This document shows positions 52,501 to 64,000 of a stretch of DNA of 64,000 bases, one piece after another. Position numbers and translations under genes: made by a program. The stretch spans positions 39,372,001 to 39,436,000 of the forward strand of contig NC_045697.1 of the NCBI RefSeq assembly GCF_009834535.1, read 5' to 3'. Under the pieces are notes generated by a model. The model was not told the DNA's origin, did not search any database, and saw nothing but the letters and a program-made list of their open reading frames with translations. Numbering within the stretch: the stretch's first letter is position 1; each line of letters begins with the position of its first letter. Source of the DNA: Camelus ferus (Eukaryota).

Positions 52501-55500
52501 TTTTTTCCTTCCTTGGAGGTGGGGAAAGATACGTTACTTAAATTCCCATCTATTCAAATGGACATGAAGCAATATTTTGGGTGGCATTCAGCATTTTTGT
52601 CCGCTTTCCTTTTCCAAAAAATGTGGAGGAAGATGCCTGCTGAGTTTACTTGGTTAAGACAACCCGATTAAATGCAGAGTGCTCTCAAGGGTGTTAGACT
52701 TTCTTGTTCTAAAAGAGTTAAGTATGAATGCTTAATTATAGTTACTGGAAATGTGTTGTGCCCAGATTGAGAAAGAATTAAAGCAACCATTAATTTATTT
52801 GCCTCCGTGGATGTATATAACCTTTCTCTATTTCACATTCTTGTTTTCGTTTAGTAATTCCAGAGTTTTTGTTGCTAAAGGTGACGGTGAAAGAACTAAA
52901 ATTGATAAAGTGTGTGAATCCTTAATCAGCTGTAGAAACCTCCAGTTATAAAGCAGTGGCAGCAATAAATAGCACTGATATAAAATCTGTGGGAAAAGAT
53001 GTGTATTTCTAGGGCTGAAATTCATTAATTTCAAAAAAGTTCGGTTGGTGCTTACATATGTAACCTTTTGCAATAACCAAATATATTTTCACACATTACA
53101 CAGAATGCTGTAATTAAAATTTTTATTTTGATATATAGAAAATGTACAAATGTACATATTTTAATCTCAAGTTGGTATTGTATTCCAAAGGGTGTTTTAT
53201 TTGCCCCTGGAGATACTAAATGAGAAATAGCTTATTCTGTATTATCACCTTAACTACTCCCTTGTATTTCATCACATTTAGGTCAGATCATATATTTTTT
53301 TTTAAGTTTCAGAAAGAGCTGCATTTTGTTGTAGGACCTGATGGTATCCTAAACTATCTGTAAGTAATCTGGGTAATTTTTGACACATAGGCCCTGAGCG
53401 GCCACCAGATGGTGGACTGGTCCACAGACTGAATCTTCTCAGCATCCTGGGTGCTGGTCTTCCTGACTTTTACATTCAGCCCCCATGCTTATAGTATCCA
53501 GGTGTCCAGCTGGTGGTCTTTTTATCACTCCAAAAAGTTTCCTTCAAAATCTGATTTTTATATGTGGAGAATACTGAGCTTTGATTTTACTACAGACACA
53601 GGTCTGCATTTCCCCAGGTTTACGAAAGAAATAATTTAGAGCTGGAAATGGATAGAGTGAAGCAGAGATTGATCTGTTTGTCCTGAGATTTTCAGACATC
53701 TGTTTGATTGGATCATGACTACTTGCCCTTGGCCTGTATATATTGATCTCAACCTTGACTAAAATGTAGACTGACGTATGTATGACATTCCATATTTTTC
53801 CTTAATTTATACCCAGAACATGTACAAAACTTCATTTAAGATTGATGTAAAAATTATACCATTTAAGGGATTATTCACTCCAGTGAATGAGTAATTCTCA
53901 GTCATTCCCACCTTTCAACTTCAGTTTGGCCTTTGGTTGTGCTGTGTCCCAGTCTTACCATAGGAGGAAACATTTAGGTTTTTAGGAATTGTACATAGTA
54001 TTTCTGGGAAAAGGGCCATTGAAGAACAAAATGCTTCATGGCAGAAAAGAGAGAACTAAGTCTCACATAAATGCATGCATGTGGGCTCGTACACTTTTTT
54101 TTAGTTTGAGACTTCTCTACTTTGACACACATGCAGCAACTTGTGAAGAATCTTACTACTGAAGATAGTCCTGCAGACAAGGTAGTAGTGCAACAGACAT
54201 CTGTAGAGTGTGTATGTGAGTTGATGGATTCTTGAAGTGGGACACAGGCTGGTTTAAAGATACTCTGTTCCTACATCCGTTGACTAACCAACTTTCTCTT
54301 CCTCATTTCTTTTTTGTTTTTCTCTTTCCCCGATTGCCTGTGCTGTTAGTAAAACTGTAATGGGCTCACAAATTTACTTATATCACATTACAGAAACGAG
54401 TAGGTGCTTTACTATAACGTCTGATTTCTCCTCAGTAAATCACCCCCAGGCAAACAGGAAAGTGTATTTGCCAGTTGGTGATATCTTAGTCTCTTCTCGT
54501 TTTAAACACACTTCTGGATGACTCAAGCTCTCAGGTGAATCCTGAGTCTTTCAGATTCCCTGCCCCTTGGGCTGTTCTGTCCAGGGTGGTGTCTGGGCAT
54601 TGTGAGGAGAGGTGGGCTGAGAATAGGGAGTTTGCATGTTCTAGTGGTTGAGAAAAGGGGGCCTAGAGTGCAAATGTGTAGGTTCTTATACTCTGCATGT
54701 TCTGCTGTGTGGGGAAGTTCGAGTATCAATTCTGTGACTGAATTTGTGGGTCCGTTCTGGTATTGTCAGGGTGCGGCTGTCCTCCTGTCCTGGCTGAGCT
54801 GCAGCTCTTGCTGGTCCTGGCAGCGATTCTAAAGGTATCCCAGGCTTTGTAGCCTTTGTCCCTAACTTGGGCACCTCCACTCCTGTAGCCTTACCAGCTG
54901 GTACTATTAGCTCCCCTACACATATCCCATAGTGCAGGCAGGTCACAGTACAGAAAGGATCACAGAGCAAAGTCAAGATACTCTCGTTGCAGGTTTATTG
55001 AATCAACTTAAAGCACGGCATGAAGCAAGGGGCAAAAGATGGGTAGGTTTACCCACTTAGAAAGGATTTAAGTGCAACCAAAGGACCACACTCTGATTCC
55101 TCTGTTACTAATATTCATCTTTCCTGTCTTTGTCGCCTTTTTGGCCACATCAGCCATCCCTGATCATGGTGTGTTTTTGAAGAATACTACTGAGTGTGAG
55201 CAGGCTCAGCAGATGGAATGTATCTGGAGCCAGCACAGCTTGCCCCGTCAGCAGGGGCAAGCGTGCTGTGGTATAATAGTAACTTGCTGATACGCTACTG
55301 AACAGTTATGGGTTTTTATGTGCATATCTCAGGCAGAGAGCACATGGGGCCAGAATAGGTGTGATCAATGGATGACTCATTAAAGACATGAATGTTTGGT
55401 GTCTCATAAATGTTGGCTGCTTCCCTTGGTTCTCTCATCTTTACTTAACCTATCTGTATTAAATATGTCTACCAAGGTATCCTATGTCCTTACATATTGT

Positions 55501-56354
55501 TAATAGTTTTATCTTTTCTCTTTTATTGTTTCTCTTGTTCTCAATTTAGCTGAGCCAAATTTTCTTAAATAATAATCAAATATTATGTAAGGTGAAATTT
55601 CAAAGCCATCACAGTTATCCTCTTTGTAGTTTCTAGTTGGATGTCAATACCAAGTTTCTCCTACACAGGCTACATTTAGGTTTCTTAAATGTCATGATGG
55701 CTTTCTCAATTTTTTTAAACCCATTTTTTATTTGGGGTTTTAGAAAAACTTGGGCTTTGTTTGGAGCCTGGTGTACCTGAGCTTAATTTCATAGTTACGT
55801 TACTTACTATCCTCTGATCTTAGACATTATTGAGCAATGTGCTATCTTGATAGTAGAACTGAAGGAATATTTGACCATCTGTTCAATGTCTTACTGTAAT
55901 TTATCTGTCTTCAGTAGGCAACAGTTTGGACAGAAAGGGTCATATCTTATTTGCATTATTTGCCTTTTGCTCAGGACTAGGCAGTTGTAGTTGTTCCATA
56001 AATGTTTGCATAGAACAGATAAGTCATGCCCTAGGTTTTGCAGCTTCACCTAAGTGTATTTTATTTTTCAAAGGGTCTTTTGAAGCCTCAAGAATCTAAA
56101 GGTATGTCTGCAAAAGCATTCTGTCTTTTTAGTAGTGCTTTTTGTGAAAATGGCACAATTTTCCATTTAGCAAGAATTAGCAGGATAATTGTTAAGTATT
56201 TTGTACCTTTAATCTTTTGAGTCACCAACTGAGAACGCAGGAATTCTTACTATAAAGTTGCTTGTAATCAGAAGACTGTCCATCCATTCCATCTCAGATG
56301 ATGTTTAGTCTGGCCAGTGCATAGCTTTTCCTCAGGTGGGCATGCAATCTGCAT

Positions 56355-56737
56355 AGATCAAGGTAATTAATGCTGGATATCCCAATAGACAAAATCTCAG
56401 TAGCTCAGGGAGACAAAAATTAATTTGTGGACACTCAGAGTCTGATACAAGTTGACAAAATCTTCCATCTGGTGGCGCTGGTATCCAAGCTTCCTCCATT
56501 CTGTCACATATTTGCTATTTTAACATGTGACCATATATCCCCTAGGTTATGTCAGGGAAAGAAAAAAGAGATGGAGGAGGCACACATGCTTTTATCTGCC
56601 TCATTCTGGAAGTGACTCATTTCTCTTCTCGTAGTTCATTGCTGAGAACTAGCCACATGTTCCCACTTAAATGCAAAGGTACTTGGGAAATGTAGAGAAA
56701 CATCTTATGGAATGTGTAAACATTCTCTCTGGCCATA
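56355..56737 (-). mobile_element. Old MaLR LTR (MLT1L-like)
   Basis: 'ggaagtgactcatttctcttct...cattgctgagaactagccacatg...tgggaaatgtag'. Confidence 0.65.
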
Positions 56738-57379
56738 ACCAAAATTGCTCAAACCAAACAAAGAACATATGTTCCATGATTGGGATAGCAGTCTGTCTCC
56801 CATTCCCCTACTGAACGTAAGCAAGGACTTAGATACCCTGGGTGCTGCTAGCAGACGTCTAATCACTGGACCAAGAGGGAAGGCAGCCTAAAGGTAACTT
56901 AATTTATCAATAAATGCAAAGTAGTGGTGACATTCCTGAGCCAATGATTCTACCCACTTAATCTGTTGGGCCTGGGATAGGAAGACTTTTCAGTTTAAAC
57001 TTGTGTGTGGTGTTTGAGTTTTGAACAAGCGCATGTATTACTTTTATTAAATTTAAATTATTAAAATAAAAAACTGCTTAAAAAACAGGGAATGATAGCT
57101 CTGTCTGAAAGAAATAGATTAGTTTACAATCATAAAGGCAATGAATATTAAATTTTTGAGTGTGTATGGTACTATTATAGATATATATTGAAATATATTA
57201 TTTGAAATTGCCTGATACATAAAAGGAGGCATACTTTCCCTGTAAATTTCATAAAGCAGTCCTAGAGCTGGGAGGCAGTGTCAACCCAGTAGAAAGAAGT
57301 ATCTAAAGATTCTAGTGTTTAAACATTGAGCTGGTTGCCTTATGAGGTGGTCAGTGTTCCAATGCTAAAGTGAGAAAGG

Positions 57380-57560
57380 AATAGATAAACAAGATTATAC
57401 TGTATAGCACAGGGAAAATCTTACGGTAGCTCACAGAGAAAAAAAATGTGACAGTGAATATATATATATGTTCACGTATAACTGAAAAATTGTGCTGAAC
57501 ACTGGAATTTGACACAACATTGTAAAATGATTATAAATCAATAAAAAATGTTTTAAAAAA
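57380..57560 (+). mobile_element. Young 5'-truncated L1 3' end with a perfect TSD
   Basis: 'tatactgtatagcacagggaaa...gacacaacattgtaaaatgattataaatcaataaaaaa'; 13-bp TSD AAAGTGAGAAAGG at 57367 and 57561. Confidence 0.92.
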
Positions 57561-58889
57561 AAAGTGAGAAAGGGAAAGCTGAGTGGTCATGGGTTGACTT
57601 GTCACAGGCATTCTGTTGTGGAATTAGAGTTAGTAAGGTGAGATGCCCTCAAAACGTTCTAGTGTTCTGTGAGCCCTTGCGTATGTTCCCAGAATTTGTA
57701 GTTCTCAGCCAATTAGACGCTTTCATTTGTTAGACTGTTGGAAATTTAACACATACATGCCCTTTTTTCCTCCTGTACTCCCTTCACTAGGGCTTCCTCT
57801 TCATGAGGAGTGGGATGATTAGGTAAAGCTGGAGGCAGTATGCCATGATCTTAATAATAAAGCTAGGTCCCTGGGGGGCATGGGAGAGGGTGCTAACATT
57901 TGAATTGGTGAATAAAGTCTTTTTAGCTGGAAAAAGCAAATTTTTTTAAAATAAAGGAATTAGAGAATATTATTATAGGCTTGCTAAATTTTACTCCATT
58001 TCACTGTATGAAAAAATGTATAAATCACTTAAAATTATACAATAGAACTCTGCCAAATGGTTCATTCTAGGAAAAATGTTTTTAGAGAGTAGCAGCGGAA
58101 AAGATATCCTGGAAGAAAAAAAAAGACTTGTTCAAGAAGAATGTTGATATAAAATTGTCTTTTATCAATTTAATTTTGGTCTTAATATTCAGAAACTCCT
58201 TTAATATTTAAGAAATTCGTTTTAGTTAAAATGTAAATGATCTCATGTAGAAATTTTTATTTCTGTGGTTTACACTGTAGATAAATCGTGTAAGCTTTCA
58301 AGTACTTCCATGCATCATTAGTTTTAAGTACATTTGGCTTTTCTGAAGGTATATATTTTAGAATCTTTTGTTTCAGCAATGTGGCTCTTCTTACTATGCT
58401 AGATCTTAAACTGAAATGAGTTTCTGTAACTTTTTAAAAAACATTCTTCTGTTTCTGACTTTACATTCTGCTAAACTTGCCGAGAACCAATGGCAAGTAT
58501 AGCTTTTCCAAGAGTATTTTTCAAATTTGACTGATAGCAACCTCTCTTCTGTTTAAATCCTATTTGGCTCTATTAAGACTGTCAGCAATGATGAACAGAA
58601 GGTTTAAAATTAGTGACTTTAAGAGCTTGTGCCCCTTTTCCAAAATAACCAAGGAATTCTAAGCACAGGAATGTTTCTGTGCTTTCAGGTTTTTTATACG
58701 TTGGTATAGCAGCAGTCACTTCAAAGGCAGCTACCCCAGAATTTACTGATTTCATCTAGAATTATTGTAGATGGATAAAGTGTGCAATTATCATGAAGAA
58801 TGTGGGGTGTTTCTAAAAGCAAATTAATATTCAGTATATTCCTTCTACTGACAGTCTTATTTTGGCAGGACATTACCAAGCACCTGCTT

Positions 58890-60024
58890 TCTATTTTTTT
58901 AAACTGGTCTTTTGAGGTGTAATTTACATATCTTAAAACATACTCATTGAAAATGTACAATATGATTTTTAGTAAATTTACTGATTGTGCAGACAGCACC
59001 ACTGTGTAGTTTTAGAACACTTCATCACTTCAGTAAGTTCCCTTGTGCCCATTTACAGTTAGTTCACATTCCCACCACCACCCCCAACTTCAGACAACCA
59101 CTAATTTACTTGATATTTCTGTATATTTGCCTTTTTTGGACATTTGATATAAATGGAATCATAAAATATATGTTCTTTTGTGACTGGCTTCTTTACTAGC
59201 ATAATATTTTTGAAGTTCATCCCTGTTGTAGGTCTCAGTTTTCTTCCTTTTTATTATAACAGAATAATTTTCTCTCATGTCACATGTTGTTTGCCCATTC
59301 ACTAGTTGATAGACATTTGGATTGTTTTCAGTTTTGGCTGTTGAAAATAATGCTGCTCTGAACATGCATATTCAGGTCTTTGTGTCTACATGTATTTTCA
59401 TTTCTGTTAAGTTGGTACCTAGGAGTGGAATTGCTGCATCACAGAGTAAATTTATGTTTAACATTTTTAGAAACTGCCAGTGTTGTCCAAAATGGTTGCA
59501 CCATTTGACACTTCTGTTATCAGTGTATGAGAGTTCCAGGTTCTCCATATGCTCACCAGCATATGGTGCTATCGGACTCTCCTTATTGTAGCCAATCTAG
59601 TGACTTTGTAGCGCTGTCTCAGTTTCTTAATGACTAATGATGGTGGGCTTATCTTCATGTGCACATTACCTGTTGTATATCGTCTGGTTAAATGTCTGTT
59701 CATGTCTTTTGCCTATTCCTTTATCGGGCTGTTTGTTCTTGTTGAGTTGTAGGGGTTCTTTTTATATAAGTCCATTATCAGATAAATGATCCACTGGGTG
59801 TAGGGTTTTGTCCAGTCTTCTAAATCAATTCAGCCCAAACCAGTACTGCTGGATTTCACAGTTGGCCCCCTGTGTTAGCACTGCTGTGCCTCCCCAGTCT
59901 GAGGGCAGAGGGGTTGGGAGCAGTTCCAGGCAAGCATGCCAAAACTCCCACTGTTCTAAACTAAACTTCATCAGTTTTTCATGAATAAGTGTTCAAGTTG
60001 TTTTTGTTTTTGTTTTTTTTGGTG

Positions 60025-60058
<34 letters not shown>

Positions 60059-60185
60059 CTTCTGTCAGTTTCCAGAGCTCTGAAATGGTTGTTTTGACAG
60101 TTTTGCCCAGTTTTGTATTGTTTTTTAAGGAGAAGATTTGCAGACCCTTTTACTCTATCATCACTGGAAGTCTGCAGTTGGTCCT
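58890..60185 (-). mobile_element. L1 (L1MB/MC-like): 3' end at 58890-59790 joined to an L1 5'-end-like segment at 59795-60185
   Basis: Antisense 3' motifs ('gttgatagacatttggattgttttcag', 'ctaggagtggaattgctg') and a 5'-end-like 'tttccagagctctgaaatggttgttttgacagttttgccc'. Confidence 0.75.
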
Positions 60186-61729
60186 GACTTTCTTTTTTAT
60201 ATAGAGAATATAACTTTTTATAAAAACTTTTTAAGTTTTCTTGGTATAATAGTTAATACATTTCTGTTATATAAAATTTAGGATATACAAGTAATTAAAA
60301 AGAAGAAAATAAGAATCGTCTATGATTCCACAACCCTAAAACAAATCTGTACTATATTTGCTTAGGGTCCTATAGTTTTTTCTATGAGTATGTATAGTTA
60401 TAAAAACAGTTTATACCTGACCTTAGTTTTGCAGCATTCTTTTTTTTCCCCAATTAACAATATATTATAACTATCTTGGTTCCAATTTGCATAAGATAGG
60501 CGTCTTCTTCACTGTTCCTTGCCCTTCTGTGCTCAGAGGATGGCCGGGACAGAAGCCCCAGTTTTTCTTGGGTGTTGCCAAATTGCCCTCCAGAAATGTG
60601 AACGACTTTATATCCTACCTCTTTTCTTCTTACCAATATTTACTTTTCTTTAAAAAAAAAAAAAAAAAAACTCCAAAAGTAGAAAGGATGACAAATACTA
60701 TCATTATTGTTTTTGCCTATCTTTGATTACTAGGAACTTCACCAACTCCCGCAAAAATCTACTGTTGTTTGAAGTAACTATTTCTTCTTTACGTATCTTC
60801 AAATCTATCTCCAGGTAATGGCCATTCACTTTGATTTTGTCCTCTGAACCAAAGGGCAGCTTTTCTAAAACCTGGAAGTGTTTTAACCGAAGCCTTCCCT
60901 TTTGAGTGTAATTGTTTTAGTTTCTTCATTCCTTCTTCACATAACATGGATATACTTTAAATTTTTTACTTTTATTTTTATTTCTTAATTTTTTGAAATA
61001 AAAAATTTTAATTTCTTTTTAAAATTTCCTTTTCAAATGTCTTTGCCAGTCTTTTCATCAGAGTCTCCCCAGTCATTTATTAATTGGTTAAAGTTTGTGC
61101 TCTGGTGGTTTTCTCAAGGAAGGAAGGGTCACGGGCACAGTATTCTTTTAGCCTTTGTATATTCAAACGGTAGCTTTTATAGTTGATGGACAACTTGATT
61201 GGTTATTACATTTTGGCTCGTGTTTTCTTTCCTTAACTACCTTGTTGGACTGTTCTGGGTATGATGTGCCATTTCAATTCATAGATTCAGGGCTTCTATT
61301 TAAACAAAGTTTTTGTGAATTACATCTTTAAATATTCTAATTTATTAAATATTCTACTTCATTAACTATTCTACTCCAAGATATTATTTGGTTTTCTTCT
61401 TTGGGGACTTCAGTAACCCATATTTTGGAGTTTATTTAACTGCTTTTTGTAGCTATCAGATCCTTGAGATTTTTTTAAATGTTTCACTATGTTTACTTTC
61501 CTCATTTATGTCTTCCATGTCCCTTACTGGGCTGTCAGTGGTTTCTCTTCTCCTTTGTGCTCATCAGAATTTAGTCTTTACTTCTGAAATGTTTGTGTCT
61601 TCTCCTTTCCTTCCTTTGCTAATTTCTGCCGATCTCCATTTCACATTCTCTTTTTGACTGATTATCTCTTCCCTAAATTTTTGTATTTCTGTTTTGTGGT
61701 ATCCTTTCATCATTGTGATCAATTGATTA

Positions 61730-62790
61730 ACTTTAAAAAAATTGTGGTAAAATGTATGTGACATAAAATTTACCATTTTAACTATTTTTAGGTTTATAAT
61801 TCAGTGACTTTAGTACATTCACAGTATTGTGTGACTGTTACCATTTTCCATTTCTAAAACCTTTTCATCATCTCCAACTCTGTACCCGCTAAACAGTAAC
61901 TCCCTGTCCTCCCTCCCCACCCCAGCCCCTGGAACCATTCTCCTACTTTCTGTTTATGAATTTGCCTATTCTAGGTCCCTTGTACAAGTAGAATCATACA
62001 GTTTTGGGTTTTTTGTGTGTCTGGCTTATTTCACTTTGCATAACATTTTCAGAGTTCATCTATGTTATATCATGTTATGAGAATTTCATTCCTTTATAAG
62101 ACTGAACAATATTCCATTGTGTATATACACCACATTTTGTTTTCATCTGTTGATGGGCATTTGGGTTATTTTCTACTTTTGGCTGTTGTGAATAGTGCTG
62201 CTGTGAACGTTGGTATACAGGTATCTGAGTTTCTGATTTTAGGGCACATACTCAGACGTGTAATTGATGGATCATGTGGTAATCCTATATTTAACTTTTT
62301 GAGGAACCACCTGTTTGCCTTGGTGCTGTATCATTTTACATCATCACCAGCAATGCATAAGGGTTTCAGTTTTTCCACATCCCATCCAGCACTCACTTTC
62401 TGGATTTTTTTTTTTTTTGATAATAACTATCTTAATGAATGTGAAGTGTATCTAATTTTGGTTTTGATTTGCGTATCCCTAATGACTACTGAAATTGAGC
62501 ATCTTTTTATTTGCTTATTAACTACTTGTGTGTCTTCTTTGGAGAAGTCTCTAAGTCATTTACCCATTTTTTGAAATGGGTTTGTTGTTGTAGTTACTGA
62601 GTTGTAGGTGTTCTTAAACATATTCTGGATATTAAACCTGTATCAGATAGATGATTTGCAAATACTTTTTCCTGTTCTGTGATTGTCTTTTCACTCTTGT
62701 TAATGTTTTTGGATGCACAAAAGGTTTTCATTTTAATGAAATCCAGTTTATCTTTGTCATTGTTGCATGTGCTCTTGGTATCATTTCCTT
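61730..62790 (-). mobile_element. L1 3' end (L1MB-like), nested in older L1/HAL1 sequence (~61000-63400)
   Basis: 'acataaaatttaccattttaactatttt' and 'gttttgatttgcgtatccctaatgact'. ORF 62062-62574 is only an antisense L1 read-through. Confidence 0.88.
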
Positions 62791-64000
62791 GTTAACTTTT
62801 GTTGTTTTTGTTAGGTTACGGTTTTCATCTGTTTCTTGGCAACATTTTTCTGATGAGTTATTTCAAGAAAGTCACGATGATCTTTTATACTTTTTAAAAA
62901 ATACTGTCTCTGTTTAGTTGCTGGCCGTGTTCCATTTTTCTTCCTCACATTTCAGTGAGATTGGTGTTTGTGATACCAGTATCAAGAGGTTCCTGTGGGG
63001 TATAGTGATGAGAGGCCAAGGTAGCTTTTCAAGTTTTACAGCCCTGGGACTGCCTCCTCTCTTGCTGCCAAAGGACTGTTTCCTTAAATGTGGCCCTTGT
63101 GTTCGCCCATCTCTCCTTCACCTCTCTGAAACTAACCTGGGTCAGGAGAGCTCTGCTGCCTTTTCTTCACAAAATTGCCCTCCAAGGTGATGCACTCACT
63201 ATTGGGGGCATATTTTTCTTGTGCTTCCTGGTAGCCACCTGTTGGGATCCCTGTGGGTACTTTGTGTGTCATCTTTCACCTCTTCCTCTAAGCAGGTGAG
63301 CCTTGTTGAGCTCCCCCTCACCATGTGCTCTGTCTTTAAAGTAATAAATATTTGTAGGTGCTTTTAAAGAGCTTGCATGTCTGGACTCCTGCTGGTCCTC
63401 TCCAGACTCCCCATAGTGCTGGTGTGATGTCTGCTCTATGTTTTCTGCCCTGTCTTTACCTTTCGCAGCAGTCATACACAACTGGAGTCTATAACTTTTC
63501 TGCGTTCTGTTGATTGACTTTTATTCATCTTAATCTGTGTGGTTTCAGAAAGAGAAGTGAGAAAATTCAGAAGATTCTTATTGGGTTTGTTCTTAATAGT
63601 TTCTTTAACATTCCAATAATACTAGGTAATAAGGATTCTTTAATCTTTTCTAGTCTAAGTGGTGGAAATTAGTTGACATGAGATACACAGTGATTCGAGG
63701 TATTTTAAGTGTTTGGATAGAGAAATGAGTTATTTTTTTAAAATTTTAATTAAACCTAACTTTTCTATTGATGTCTAAAGATTCTTAGATCTTAATTTTT
63801 CAGATCATAGACCTCTTGAGAATATGATTTCTAAAAATTTGATGTTTCATGTATTTTAAGGATTCCTGATCTGTGGATTCCAGGTTAAGAACTGTTGTTT
63901 AGCTCTACAATGCACATTGATAATCTGTGTAAGGGCAACGAATAAGATATCCAAAAAGTGCTTTGGGTTTTTTAAGTTAATGAGCTAGATTTGGAAAAAC

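Larger units (their letters stand above)
52413..64000 (+). other. FAM13A: FAM13A intron following the first coding exon (partial)
   Basis: Begins GTGAGT. No sequence encoding the expected next residues (QSKAAVRLKEDMKK) was found before the window end. Repeat-rich. Confidence 0.8.

Noticed and set aside
52413..52541. Continuation of ORF 52278-52541 (VSTGRL...)
   Set aside because: Read-through into the intron past the GTGAGT donor; similarity to FAM13A stops exactly at the donor.
62062..62574. Longest ORF in the track (170 aa)
   Set aside because: Antisense reading of an L1 3' region; low-complexity hydrophobic translation typical of reverse L1.
1..64000. TIGD2 CDS, FAM13A exon 2, CRISPR arrays, operons or other prokaryote-type systems
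   Set aside because: No long intact ORF, no exon-2 peptide and no repeat-spacer array found; the sequence is repeat-rich mammalian DNA.

Overview
Mammalian genomic DNA, most likely camelid (camel/alpaca). The species call rests on two tRNA-derived Vic-1-type SINEs and artiodactyl-style L1 3' ends. The only protein-coding sequence I can support is the first coding exon of FAM13A on the + strand: ATG at 52386, encoding MGAGALAIC, followed by a GTGAGT donor. It lies in a small CpG-rich promoter (~51900-52500) with a perfect GTCACGTGAC E-box. Bases 52413-64000 are intron, and exon 2 is not in the window. Bases 1-51900 are upstream/intergenic DNA; by human synteny (from memory) TIGD2 should lie just left of the window. 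Much of the window is decayed transposons: L1, MaLR/ERVL solo LTRs, MIR/L2, hAT and Tigger MITEs, and a ~1 kb hAT-Charlie transposase fossil. There is one 100-N assembly gap. The most notable observations are (i) an open, in-frame upstream ATG that could extend FAM13A by 26 aa, within a stack of uORFs; (ii) an L1 copy whose 3' end is replaced by a non-L1, mRNA-3'UTR-like tail; (iii) candidate non-coding exons on the minus strand and a recursive-splice/microexon-like site; and (iv) motif clusters and CTCF-like sites. I found no convincing evidence of a new biological system. Repeat subfamily names are recognised from memory and need Dfam/RepeatMasker confirmation.
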